Source: Emiliania huxleyi CCMP1516
Lineage: Eukaryota
DNA length: 64,000 bases
Assembly: GCF_000372725.1 (NCBI RefSeq)
Contig: NW_005201298.1
Location: 249,393-313,392 of the forward strand
Direction of reading: 5' to 3'
How positions within the stretch are numbered: the stretch's first letter is position 1; the number at the start of each line of letters is the position of its first letter. Both the position numbers and the translations under genes were made by a program. Below the pieces are notes generated by a model. That model made no database searches. It worked only from the letters and a program-made list of their open reading frames with translations, and was not told the origin of the DNA. Shown here piece after piece: positions 13,666 through 26,521 of the stretch.

Positions 13666-13840
13666 TACCCGGTGCCCGTGTGTCGTGAGTGAGAGTTGCT
13701 TTGTGTATGTGTATCTGTATGTCGTATATGTGTGTGGACTTATGTCACGCAGCTTGAGCCTCTATCTATGATTAGTAGACCGGTCTCGGGTTTGGATGGT
13801 AGCGGGGGGCCCCGCCGGAGGCTGGTTACTGATCCTTCAA

Positions 13841-13950
13841 CCTTCTGTACATCCTTCTGTACACCTTCTGTACACCTTCTGTACACCTTCTGTACACCTT
13901 CTGTACACCTTCTGTACACCTTCTGTACACCTTCTGTACACCTTCTGGAC
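13841..13950 (+). repeat. 11 bp tandem repeat (ACACCTTCTGT)n
   Basis: Directly visible array of about 10 units. Confidence 0.95.
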
Positions 13951-14364
13951 TGCACATTCTGTACATCTCTGGACGCTCCACAAACCCCATTAGAATTGTC
14001 ACCGCCAGTGAGTGCGAGATAGGGCTAGCGGCTGGCGGCTAGCCTCTGAGGAGAGTGACCAGAGACACCTCACACGACCCCACACACGGTCTAGTCCGGC
14101 CTCGCGGTCGGCGGAGATTGCTAGAGGACGAGCAAGCCTGCTCTAGCCTCACGCGCTCGCCCCTGTCGTCTGTTGTGTTGTTGTGCCCTTGTTTGTTCCT
14201 TCGGCACCTTGGCTGGGGGAGGCGACAGGGGGGGGGCGCGGCCTTGAGTTATGTGTACGCCAACTCAGGGTGTGTGGCAGCCAGCTGGCTGTGTGTCTTG
14301 TGAGCTTGTTGGTGTCTGTGTGTCGCTCGTGCGTGTCGTCATCATCTGTCTTGCGTCCACCCAT

Positions 14365-14423
14365 ACCGCGTTGGTGTCCAGTCCGAGCCTGACTGTTGTT
14401 CATCTTTCTACATACATACATAC
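14365..14423 (+). mobile_element. Short retroposon 3' tail (family C)
   Basis: TGTCCAGTCCGAGCCTGACTGTT.TTCA.CTTTCTAC plus tetranucleotide tail. A second copy lies on the minus strand at 43331-43388. Confidence 0.55.
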
Positions 14424-14519
14424 AGCCTCTGCGCTGTCTGGCGGACGCCTGTATGCCATGCACGCGGACCACGCTTGCGTGGGTACGTGGCTGGCAGGCT
14501 GACCCGTGAGCGGGGTAAC

Positions 14520-14900
14520 CAGCGCACGGGGAAGCTTCACGGGTTCGAGCCGTCAAACATTGAGCAGCGGAGGTGTGGTGAGATCGGCAAGCTGCTTAGG
14601 CAATGTGCCTGTCACACGGTGCGAGATGACCCAGAGGCCCCGCAGCTCCGTAAGCCTGCTTATTTCTTTCGGAATCTCGCCCGCGCCCGAGATCCTGACC
14701 TCATCGACCTTGGCGCCGGCGCACCTCACGCCTCTGATGTTGGCGGTTCCGCTGCAGAGGCTGATGTTGCGCTCGAGGAAGCGGCTTAGTTGGTACGGAG
14801 TGGCCTCCAGCACGGCCGCGTTGCGAGTCTCTCCTCCAGGACCAGCTCGCACGCGCTGCTGGACGCGCGCGCCTGGCATGTACGTGCCGCTCGACACGAC
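14520..14900 (-). pseudogene. LRR gene fragment
   Basis: GEIPKEISRLTELRGLWVISHRVTGTLPKQLADLT followed by an early stop. Confidence 0.5.
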
Positions 14901-15067
14901 CTCGAGGCCACGTCCTGTAGACTGTTGCGTGCGTCCCGAACTTGATTTGAGCGCGAGGTGTGGGCCAGTGCTTAAAAAAGAATTCTTCGATTGTATCGGC
15001 CTTTGGAGCCGTCCTCCGATCCGGCGGCCTGCTTATTTCTTTTTCGAGCCATATAGCACATCCACAC

Positions 15068-18000
15068 ATGTATATGCGACTTCACGCGAGCATCCTCGCC
15101 GCGTTCCACCTCCTCCGGCGCTGGCTCACGCGGGTCGTTGGCCCGCGCGCTGCGGCACTACTCCGCCACGTCCACGCTGCCACCGAGCCCCGCGCCGCTT
15201 CGATCGCTGGCCGGCTTGGCCGCATGTTTGTGCGGGTCATGGGACCGAGCGCCGCAGTGGCCGCTCATCACGTGCCCGAGGCGCCCGAGCGGGAGCACAG
15301 CGCGGAGCGGCTCGCTGCGCAGTCGCACCTTCGCCGGTCGATCATTCCGAGCACAGTCACGCGCCGGATCTCTGACGGGCGCTGCGACCCTCGCCGGAGC
15401 AGCGGCCTGCGTCGCCTCCGCCACTCTGAGCCGCCACTCGCCGCCGCCGCAGGCCAATCACGATTGGCGTCTGCTGCATGGCCAAGAAGGCCAAGTCGGG
15501 GCCGATGCTCGAGACGCTGGACCGACTGCAGGCCTTCCGCGGAGAGAGATCGCCGAGAGATCGCCGAGAGGCAGCCGAGCCGAGAGACGGCCGAGAGACA
15601 GCCGAGAGATAGCCGAGAGATAGCCGATAGATCGCCGGGAGATCGCCGAGAGATCGCCGAGAGATCGCCGAGAGATCGCCGAGAGATCGCCGAGAGATCG
15701 CCGAGAGATCGCCGAGAGGCAGCCGAGAGGCAGCCGAGCCGAGAGACGGCCGAGAGACAGCCGAGAGATAGCCGATAGATCGCCGGGAGATCGCCGAGAG
15801 ATCGCCGAGAGATAGCCGAGAGGTGGCCGAGAGACAGATGCAAGAGGACCGGCTGCAGGCCTTCCGCGCCGACGGGCACGCCGAGTTCGCGGTCGTGTCC
15901 TTCGACGAGCGCATGCTGCTCGAGGAGCCGGTCGAGTCGTGGCCCGTGTGCGAGGCGGGTTAACTAGTTATTAATTAGTTATCCGTTATTGAGTAGTGAC
16001 TGATTAGAATTCGTCGTGGCCCGTGTGCGAGGCGCTGATCGCCTTCCTTCTCAGCGGGTGAGTCAGTGATTAATTCAGTGATTAATTAGTGAATTAACTC
16101 CTCCTGGATTAGGCGCTGATCGCCTTCTTCTCCGCGGGGGAGTCAGTGATTAATTAGTGAATTAACTCCTCCTGGATTAGGCGCTGATCGCCTTCTTCTC
16201 GGCGGGCTTCCCGCTGCAAAAGGCGCAGGCGTACGCCACGCTCCGCAAGCCGTTCGTGTTCAACGACCTGCAGATGCAAGAGGCGCTCTTCGACCGGCGC
16301 CTGAATTAATCACTGCCGTCAATGATTAACGAGTCAATATCGCCGTTCATGAATTACTAAGGTGCTCTTCGACCGGCGCGCCATCTACGCAAAGCTCGAG
16401 GGGGTAGGGGTGCCCGTTCCGAAGCACGTCGTGCTCGAGCCGGGCAGCGCTGTGGTCGACGAGCAGGAGGACTACATCGAGGTGGACATGTCCGAGACAT
16501 GTCCGAGACATGTCCGAGACATGTCCATAGGAGGACTACATCGAGGTGGACGGCGCCAGGCTGCAGAAGCCAATCGTCGAGAAGCCAATCTCAGGCGAGG
16601 AGGAAGTGATTAGCTAATCAGCGAATTAACTGGTAGCAGACGCCAATCGTCGAGAAGCCAAGCTCAGGCGAGGACCACGACATCCGCATCTACTACCCGC
16701 GCTCCGCCGGCGGCGGCTCGAAGCGGCTCTTCCGCAAGGTTGGCGACAAGGCGTCCCAGTTCTACCCCGACGAGCATGAGTCGCGCGCCACGTCGGGCGA
16801 GGCGTACATCTACGAGGAGCTGCTTCAGACCGAGGGGACGGACGTAAAGGTGCACGCACACCAGGAGTACGCCCAGCACCGACCACCCGCAGTCACACCT
16901 CCATTCACAGCCTTGTTATTCACACATGGACAGGTGTACGCGGTCGGCCCGGAGTACGCGCACGCCGAGGCGCGCTAGCCGGCCGTCCTCGTTCGCACTC
17001 CTCCGTGTGAACGCATGCTCGTGTGGCGTCTGGTCAGGCGCGCAAGTCGCCGGTCGTGGACGGCAAGGTGATTCGCAACGCGCGCGGCAAGGAGCTGCGC
17101 TACCCGCTCATCCTCAACAACGACGAGAAGGAGATCGCGCGAAAGGTGGTCCTCGCCTTTGGCCAGACGCTGTGCGGGTTCGACCTGCTCCGATCGGAGG
17201 GCCGCTCGTACGTCTGCGACGTCAACGGCTGGTCCTTCGTCAAGGACTCGCACAAGTTCTGGGCCGACTCGGCCAACCTCCTCCGCCAGTACTGCCTGCA
17301 CGCCATCTGCGCGGGAGGTAGATGTCTGGACGAGAGACGCGGCCAGCCTCTGGCCAGCCTGCTCAGTCAGGATCTCTCGCCGGACCAATGTCGAGTGCTT
17401 GCCCGGCACGCCACGCCACGCCACCCCTGCAGCGCACACCGCGTGGAGACGCGCTCCTGCCGGCAGAAGGGCGTCTCTTCACAGCCGTTGCTGTGAACAG
17501 GCCCGCACCACGTGGAGAGGCACCCGCAAGGCGCGCCTCAGGTGCCGCCGCCCGACGCCGCCATTCAGCCGTCTGCCACTCCACAAGCAGACACCGCCCA
17601 CCGTCCCCTCCCCTGCACGCCTCGCAAGGTGCCGCCGCCCAACCGGACGATAAGAGACTCGGTGCTGCAAGACGTGGTGCCGCCCCGCGCCTCGCTGCAA
17701 GCGCCGACCGGCGCCGAGGAGTCGGAGCTGCTCTGCGTGATCGGGCTGACGAGGCACGGCGACCGGACGCCGAAGCAGAAGCTAAAGATGAAGACCACGG
17801 AGCCGCGCCTGCTCGCGCTGCTCGGCAAGAACAAGGACGCGCGCGCGGAGCTGAAGATCAAGAAGATCCGCGCCATGGAGGAGCTCACCCAGATCGTCTC
17901 GCGGCTTGTGGAGGAGAAGCTGCGCGCGGCGGACCCGTCCTCGGACAGGCACGAGGAGGACCTCGACAAGCTCCTCACGCTGACTGTGTGGTAGTAACTG

Positions 18001-21000
18001 CCGGTGCCTCCTCCTCCAGGTACGAGGAGGACCTCGACAAGCTCCTCACGGTGCAGCAGGTGCTGCAGTCGCACCCGTTCTCCGGCATCAACCGCAAGGT
18101 CCAGATCAAGCCCTCGAAGTGGGCTGCTGTACCGGAGGCGGGCTCAGCGGACGGCGGCGCCGCGCCCCCAGCCTCGCGCGAGGTCGCAGTAGAGGCGCTC
18201 TTCATCCTCAAGTGGGGAGGCGAGCTGTGAGCAGCGTCTCTTCACACCTGCAGCTGTGAACAGGCGCTCTTCATCCTCAAGTGGGGAGGCGAGCTGACGG
18301 CGCTCGGGGAGGCGCAGGCCGAGTACCTTGGCGCCAAGTTCCGCAACTCGCTCTACCCGGGGGACGAGGTTGGCGGCGGGGTGCTGCGGCTGCACTCCAC
18401 CTACAGGCACGACCTCAATCAATTAAGGGTCAGTTACGGTTGATGAGGGGTTAATTCAGAGTCACTCCACCTGCAGGCACGACCTCAAGATCTACTCCTC
18501 GGATGAGGGGCGCGTGCAGACGACGGCCGCCGCCTTCACCAAGGGCTTCCTCGACCTCGAGGGCGCCCTCCCCCCCATCCTCGCCTCACTCGTCTCCAAG
18601 GACAAGTCGGCGACGGCCATGCTCGACGACACGAACGAGCAGGGCCGCCTCGGCATGGACAGATCAAAGGCGGTCATCTCGCAGCTGCTCAACTGCCCGC
18701 AGACTACCGCAGGGGCCATCGCCGCGCAAGAGTCGTCCCGCCCCCCCTCGCCGAGCAGCAAGCAGCCGCGCGGACTCGAGCGCGGACTCGAGCATGGCCA
18801 GATCGTGGCGCAGGCATACCCCCCCCCACACATACCTCCCCCGCATCTCCCCCACATCTCCCCCACATCTCCCCCACATCTCCCCCACATCTCCCCCACA
18901 TCTCCCGCGCCAGGCGCCCTCGACGGCGGCGGAGGGCGGCCTCGCCTCCGACTCCCTCCTCTCCGCCTGGCTGAGCGAGAATGCAAAGGCGCCGCGCCAG
19001 GCGCTCGAGCGGCTGCACCAGCTAGTCGAGGAGCTCGAGCGGGAGCTACGCGGGGAGATATGGGGAGATGTGGGGAGATGTGGGGAGATGTGAATAGGAG
19101 CTCGTGCGGGAGCTACGCGCGAGGAGCAGCGCGGGCGGCGGCGCGTCGAGCATCGGCATCCTCGGGCTGCTAGTTCATAGTGAATCACTCATCGAGCAAT
19201 GCATTAATAGGCGCGTCGAGCATCGGCATCCCTCGAGTCCCTTCTCGCGACGTGGCTGTCTCGTCGGGCAAACTTTCCTCCAAGGTTGCGGCACTTGTTC
19301 ACAGCTAGAGGTGTGAAGAGACGATGTTCACAGGCCCTCTCTCCTCCAAGGTTGCGGCACCGCTGATGGTGAGGCTGTCTGCTCGCTGATAGTGAAGAGT
19401 GACCTCTCTCCTCCAAGGTTGCGGCACCGGCGAGGCATTCCGCAGCCAACGGCAAGACGCCGCACCTCCAGCTCGGCCTAAGGAAGGGTGAATTAGGGGC
19501 GAGTTGGGTGTGAGTTAGGCGAGACGCCGCACCTCCAGCTCGGCCGGTGGGCGCAGCTGCACAAGGACCTGTACAGCTCGCGCAAGGAAGTGTTTGACAC
19601 CTCAAAGGTGCCAGACATCTACGACAATGCGCTGTACGACATGGTCCACAACGAGCACCTCGGGCTGCAGGCCCTAGCCGCGCCGGCTCCGAGAAGGGTG
19701 CGAGAGGGCTCCGAGGCGGTCCCGTCACTTCGGTGCGTTGCTGCAGGCTTTGCCGCGCTTGTTCCGCGCCTCGCGCACGCTCGCGTCGTACGTGGTGCCG
19801 CAGGAGTACGGCATCGAGCCGGAGGACAAGGTGACGGTCGGCCTGCAGATCGCGTGGCAGATGCTCGCCAAGCTGCTGCAGGACATGCTTGAGAACGGAG
19901 GAGCGGTTGCCTAGTAATGAGCTGCTGAGGAGGATCGCCCACCTGCCGTAGGACATGCTTGCCGGCATGGACGCAGAACGACACATGGAGGAGACGCGTG
20001 CCTCCGACCGCCCCCCCCCCCTGACATGTCCGAGACATGTCCGAGACATGTCCATAGGAGCGCATGCCTCCGACGCCCCCCTCCGAGGAGCCTTCCGAGA
20101 GCCTTCCGCTCGAGCCTTCTTCGAGAGCCTTCCCCGTAGGAGCGCGCGCACGAGCTGGACCATACCTCCCCCACATCTCCCCCACATCTCCCCCACATCT
20201 CCCCCACATCTCCTCCCCCACATCTCCCCCACATCTCCCCCACATCTCCCCCACACCTCCCCCACACCTCCCCCACATCTCCCCCACATCTCCCCCACAT
20301 CTCCCCCCTGCCTCCCCCGCATCTCCCCGTAGGAGCGCGTGCACGAGCTCGACCCGTCCGCCTTCACCGACGTCAAGTCGAGCTCGCGGCATGTCCGCAC
20401 GCGCCTCTACTTCACGTCCGAGGCGCACATCCTCTCCCTCTTCAGCGACATGTCCGAGACATGTCCGAGACATGTCCATAGGTCCGAGTCGCACCTCCTC
20501 TCCCTCTTCAGCGACATGTCCGAGACATGTCCGAGACATGTCCATAGGTCCGAGTCGCACATCCTCTCCCTCTTCAGCGACATGTCCGAGACATGTCCGA
20601 GACATGTCCATAGGTCCGAGTCGCACATCCTCTCCCTCTTCAACGTGCTGCGCTACGGCCACGAGGTGCTCGCCGCCACCCAGGGGGAGAGGGCGAGCCG
20701 CGGCGTGCAGTGCATCTTCAGCGACGAGGCGCAGATTCCCCGAGATTCCCCGAGATTCCCCGAGATTACCCGAGATTACGGCGTGCAGTGCATCGCAAGC
20801 GACGAGGCGCTCGTCAAGCTCGAGAAGCTCGGCTTCCCCGAGATTCCCCGAGATTACCCGAGATTACCCGAGATTGCGAGAGTACCCGAGAGTACCCGAG
20901 ATCAGGCGCGCGTCAAGTTTGAGAAGCTCGACGTCGGCTACCTCTCGCACATCGTCTTCCGCGTGCTCCACAAGAAGAACGCAGACCCGCAGGTGCCCTC

Positions 21001-21492
21001 CTCGTACGCGGTGCAGGTGCACAGCCGGTGAAGTAGATCTCGTCAGTCGAGCACTGAGCGAGCGCCTGTGTTGACTGACGTGCCCATGACGCGTGGTCGA
21101 CGTCTCGTCAGGTGCTCGTCTCGCAGGGCGTCAACCAGAACATGTCCGCGCCGTCGCGAGGCGGGCCGTGCCAGGCCGAGTGGCACGAGAGGCCGGAGCT
21201 GCTGCCGAGCGACATGTTCATCTCCTCGCGCGACGACCTCACCCTCGAGGACGTCGACTGCTTCTTCTCGTACTTCCTGCGCAGCACGCCGCTCGGACAG
21301 ACCAAGGCGGCGCCGCAGCGGCAGAGCAGCACTCCGTCGGCTAGCAGCACGACACTTAGCTCGGCCCTCGCGTCGGAGAGCTCTATGCAGGCGCGCGCCT
21401 CGCGCGCGCGCCGCGCTTCGGGGCCGCTCGTGCCGGAAGGGGAGGCGACGCCGTGCGTGGTGTCGCGGCGCTGCGCCGGGTCGGAGAGCTGA
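15068..21492 (+). CDS. VIP1: Inositol hexakisphosphate / diphosphoinositol-pentakisphosphate kinase (VIP1/PPIP5K), many exons; start uncertain
   Basis: [135 protein letters not shown]. Confidence 0.95.
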
Positions 21493-21687
21493 TGGGGCCA
21501 TTCGCGACTGAGAACTGCGGTATTTCGTCGATCGATACTTGGAGTGCGAACACCGTGTTTACTTAATTTTGATTGATGCACTACACCGAACTCCCCCTCT
21601 TCGCGTGCGTGTGTGTGTGCGGGACGCCTGCATGTCGTTCTCGTTGAAGCTCCCGCCCGCATCAGTTCAATCTAACACATTCAATCT

Positions 21688-21961
21688 TCAAAAGTACTCC
21701 TCCTCGTCCGCCACCTTGGCGGGAGCGGCGGCGGTGGGGTTCGAAGGGCGCCGCTTCACACCTCCGCCAAACTTGGCCATGATGGCCGCGCGCCTTGCCC
21801 CCGCCGTCTGCGCAACATCCTCCATCTCGCGCCGCGTCTGCTGCTTCCTCGCCGCGACCACCTGAGGGTAAGGTCTAAATACTAAAAGTAAGGGGAGGGA
21901 CCCTCGGATAGGAGCACCATGGCTCTAAAAGTGCAAGGCCAAGTGCGTTGTGGTGTGTGTG

Positions 21962-22011
<50 letters not shown>

Positions 22012-24499
22012 GCGTGTTGTATGTTGTTGTGTGTGCGACCACCTTGGCCGACTTTGCCCACGCCGCGTCGGCCGCGACCTTCGCCTCAGCTGCCGCCTGC
22101 GCGTCCTCTTGCGACGGAGCAATCCCATCCGCCACGGTGGCGGCGTCCTGCGATCTCTGGGCCGACTGCCGGGCTGCATTCAGCCTCGCCGCCTCCGCCG
22201 CCGCCGCCGCCTCCACTGCCGCCCTCGCCGCCTCGGCAGCCACCGCAGCGGTGCGGGCAGCCTCGGCAGCGGCGCGGGTAGCCTCGGCAGCGGCTGCCTC
22301 CGCCGCCGCCTCCTCGGCCGCCGCCGCTGCCGCCGCCTGCCGCTCTACCTCCTCCGACGCCGCCTTCTCGGCCTCGATCCTCGCCGCCTCGGCCGCCGCC
22401 GCCTCCTCCGCAGCCACCCTCGCCGCCTCCGCCGCCTCCGCCTTGACGTCGGCATTGACGGCCGCCTTGGCCCGCTCCTGCCGGCCTCGCGCGACCTCGC
22501 TCTCCTTCTTCCCGCCGCCCTCCTTCGCCGCCGCCGCATGCGCATCCATCTGCATCTCCTCCTCGCCGGGCCAAAGCCGCGGAACCACCGCGAGCATGTC
22601 GACGTCGGGTGCGGCAACGGAGACGGAAGCCACGGACGTCTTCCTCTGAAGGCGCCCTTTCGCCTGGAGCCGAAAGCAACTACCACCACTCCTGTGCAGA
22701 CGCCTCTGAAGACGCGCGCGAACGTGGTCGTGGAGCACCTTGGCCGCTTGGTGAGCTGTGAGAACGGCGTCGAGACTCGCCGGCACCCCTTTTTTCGGCA
22801 GCCCGTGCTCGTCCTTGTCCTCACCGCTTCCGGTGTGCGGCAAGAAGAGCTCAAACTCCGCAAGCATCCTAATGAGGAGCTGCCCCGCCTGGATCTCGGC
22901 GAGCTCCTGGCCCCAGCACCGTCGGGGGCCCGCGCCGAACGGCAGGAAAGCCGCGTGCTTCTCCTCGCGCGTCCGAAGGTGATCGTAGCGCTCGGGCTGG
23001 AACTCTAGTGGGTTGTCGAAGACGCGCGGGTTCTGGCCGATTGCAGTCTTGAAGTACGTGAGGTAGCACTTGGCGGGGATGCGGATCCGCGTTGGAGCCC
23101 GACCCCTTGGCCCCGGAACCTCCATCTGAATGCACTTGTGGATCTTGCGCGCCGAAAACGGGATCGTCGGGTGCAGGCGCAGTGCCTCGTAGAGCACATG
23201 CATCACATCCTTGCAGCCCCGAATGTCCTTCGTCGAGAGTCGTCCTTCAGGCGCCGCCTCCAGCGTGCGTCGCGCCTCCTTCGCGGCGATGCTCTGGCGC
23301 TCCGGGTCGTTCGCGAGCATCAGCATGCACTGCGCCACCGTGTGGGCCGTGCTCTCGAATGAGGCCGCGAGCATGAGCACGAGCTCGTCGTTGATCTCCC
23401 ACTCGCGCATCCCAGCGCTCTGGCGCATGAAGCCGGGAAGTGGCGCGTCGTCGTCGTCCTTGCACTTGAGCGCCATGTCACGGAGGAAGCCGAAGCCCGT
23501 CGTGAAGCTCCGGATGCGGGCGGGCTCGAGCCACATCCAAATTGGCTGATTCGTGCGGCGGGACACCTCGCCCGCGAAACTGTCGACCGCGGCGATTATG
23601 TCGCGTTTCTCCTCCTCTGTCTCGGGGCGCTTGTCGTATAGGTACAAGAACATCGTGTCGAGAGCCCAGCACTGGAGCTCGAAGCCCAGACAGCCGGCGC
23701 GGGCAACTCGTTCTCCCTCATCGTTCCTCCCGTCGTCCCCCGAGCCCCTCCGCCCCCTCCACCTCTGTAGCATCTCCCTCGCGACCGGGTCCACGCGTAG
23801 AGCATGTTGCAAAAGGCCTGTTCGTTCTTGATCTTGCTGATGGCGTGCCTGTTGCTCGAGTGGTGCGCACCCACCGGACACCCCATTAGGGACCCGGGCG
23901 TGATGGTCTTCGTTGGGCGGAGCGAGTCAAAGTCTCCACTGATCACGTCGTGAGGGACGTAATCCGTGTAGACAAAGGGCCGCTTGCCGAGCGGCATGTG
24001 CAGACGGAAGCAAGGTCCGAACTTCTCGTGCAGCTGCGTCAGTGTGTGGTGGCGATCGCCCCATCCGTTCGCGCAGAGATCGGGATAGTTGCCCCACAAG
24101 AAAGAAGGCTTTGGGCCAGGGATGTGTGCGAAGCGGCGGAACTCGCGCAAGCGCTCCACGACGAGTGACCCGATTGTTAGCACGGCGGCTGTCGTGATGC
24201 GCGTTCCAGAATCCCGTGATCAGCCGCGCAGCGTGAAGCGCCACGAACAGCGGGCCAACGACGAGAGCGGCGCCGTACCACAGCGTCCGCAGCAGGAAGT
24301 AGCTGTTTCGACAGGCGTACCGCACGTCCCCGCGAAGGAAGGTTGACGTCAAAATGGAACGCGGGTAGGCTAGCCACAGCGCTCGTGCGAGGGAGCAGGG
24401 CTTGATGCGGCTGCCGTCACAGCCTCCGTGAGCACCGTCGCTCGTTGGGAACGGCTGCCTCGCCAGGCTCGAACTCGGACGTCCAGCCGACAGCAGCAT
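21688..24499 (-). CDS. Cytochrome P450 with long Ala/Glu-rich C-terminal extension; apparent frameshifts near 23794 and 24200
   Basis: IPGPKP hinge, I-helix AASFESTAH, EALRLHP (ExxR), PERY, heme motif FLPFGAGPRRCWG. The last exon ends ADEEEYF* at 21688. The start is tentative. Confidence 0.85.
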
Positions 24500-24507
24500 A
24501 TTGCAAT

Positions 24508-26073
24508 ATGCCAGAGATGGGCGACGTGTTGCCCAGCGCGTCGAGCGTTTTCTGGCTGGGGCTGCTCGCGCTCTGGCTTCTCTTTGCCCTCTGTCTCCTC
24601 CTCCTCCTACTACTACTCGCCTACCGCCCGCCCACATTCGCGTGGCTCTGTCGCAACGGTCTGGCCGCCCTCCGCTGGGTTGGCCTCGGCGTGCTCCCGT
24701 TTTTCCGATTCGCCGTCTCAGCGTCGTGGAGATCCGCCTGCCTCGCTGCAGCCGTGCTCAAGGCGTGCGGCGTCACGTGGCCATTTTCGCGCACGTTCGA
24801 CGAAGTTTGCTTCTTTGCCGGCCGGATGGTACTGCGGTACGCGAGGGCGTGGCTCGCCATCTTCTGGACGCCGTATCACTACGTCTTTATGAGTGGCCTG
24901 CGCTCGCCTCAGCACTGGGATGGGCACAGGTCTCAAGCGGGCATCACCCTCACGCGCCATGTCCGCTACTCCGCGGCGCACCGCGACGAGACGTTGGACG
25001 TCATCCGGCCGGCGGCCCAGCCGGGCCCGACTCCACCGCCCTCGGCTCCGACGCCGATCGTGTATGTGCACGGCGGAGCCTTTGTCGCCGCGTCTTCTGA
25101 GCTTATGCTCCACGGCACATGCTTCCTCGGCCGAGCCGGCTTCACCGTCTTTTCTCTCGACTACCCGCTCTCGCCCGAGCACCGGCACCCAGTCGCGCTA
25201 GTCAGCGTTCTCCGCGGGCTTGCGTTTATACGCGCGGCGTACGGGGTCGAAAGGTGCCTCCTTTTTGGCGACTCGGCCGGCGGGAACCTTGTGTCGATGG
25301 CGGCAGCGATGCTAAGCAACCGAGGCTTGCTCGAGGAGCTCGCACGGCGGACGGGGGAGCCGCTGCTCGAGTTCAAGTACCCGGCAGTCGAGAGGGTGGC
25401 GCTGCTGTACGGCTTTCTCGACTCTGAGGCCCCGCTTGAGGGCGCGTCATGGGTTGTCTCCCTCGGCTTCCGCTTCGTCCTCGACTGCTACGCCCCGCGC
25501 GGCGTTGACTCGGACATGCCCTACACGTTCCTGGCGTTGCGCGACGGCATCGCCACCTTCCCGCCCACGCTCCTGCTGGCGGGCGAGGCGGACCCGATCT
25601 TCCCCTCAACGTACGCGTAGCAGCCCAGCGCTGCCGCGCGCCCCGTGAAGCTGCTACGCCCGTCCTTTAGGCTCCGAGCGCGCGACATGCTCGCTTCCAA
25701 GGGCGTCGATGTCATGTACCGCGCCTACCCAAGCACGCACGCCTTTTTGGGCTTTCCTCGCTCGTGGCCTCTGCCGAGCGAGTTCCAGCAGTCCTCCGCC
25801 GACGCGATGGCCGCCATCCTTGCCTTCGTGCGCGGCGAGCCGCTGAGCGACAAGCTCGCCCCGATCCCGGCGGTGCCTCTCCTCGACCGCTTCCTCGGGG
25901 TGTGGGAGGCGTCGCTCCTCGTCGGCCTCGCCCCCCTTTTGCTGCTTCTGGTGAGCGGCCCCTTGTTCCCGCTCACCTTGGTCCTGTGCTGCTTCCTCCT
26001 AGTACTGGTGGGGCCTGTCGGCGGCAACCTCCTTTTTCGACAGATGCACGGCAAGTTCCCCGAGCATTGGTGA
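24508..26073 (+). CDS. Membrane-anchored GDXG/HSL-family lipase/esterase; intron 25611-25670
   Basis: VYVHGGAF, LDYPLSPEH, GDSAGGNL, AGEADPI, STHAF; hydrophobic N- and C-terminal segments. Confidence 0.9.
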
Positions 26074-26521
26074 TCGTGAAGGGGGAGCTGAGTCTCCTGA
26101 GACGAACGTGTAAAGAAGAATTCAAGAAAAAGAACTCTCTCGCACAGCACACAGGTTCGAAGAAGAATTGTCCACAAAGAGAAAGGTCGCACACGGATTA
26201 CAAGGGAGGGGCATCCAGTATGCATAATGCAATAACAACAAGCGTTCTGCATAATGCAATAACAACAAGCGTTCTTCGTTGTTGTTATAAAACAAACACA
26301 CACCCGCGGGCCCGGGTAGTAAAAAAAGAAAGACAAACGCAATCGACGACGGCGGCGGACAGGATGAAACAGCAGGAGAGAGAACGACGAGAGTGAGAAG
26401 ACCGCGAGGCGGCATGAAGCAATGATGGTCGCTGCGAGAATGGGCGAGAAGCTGTGGAGAGAGATAGCCTCCAGCAGCACCCCCCCCCCCCCCTCGGTGC
26501 ACAAGTGATAGTGTCTCCGGC

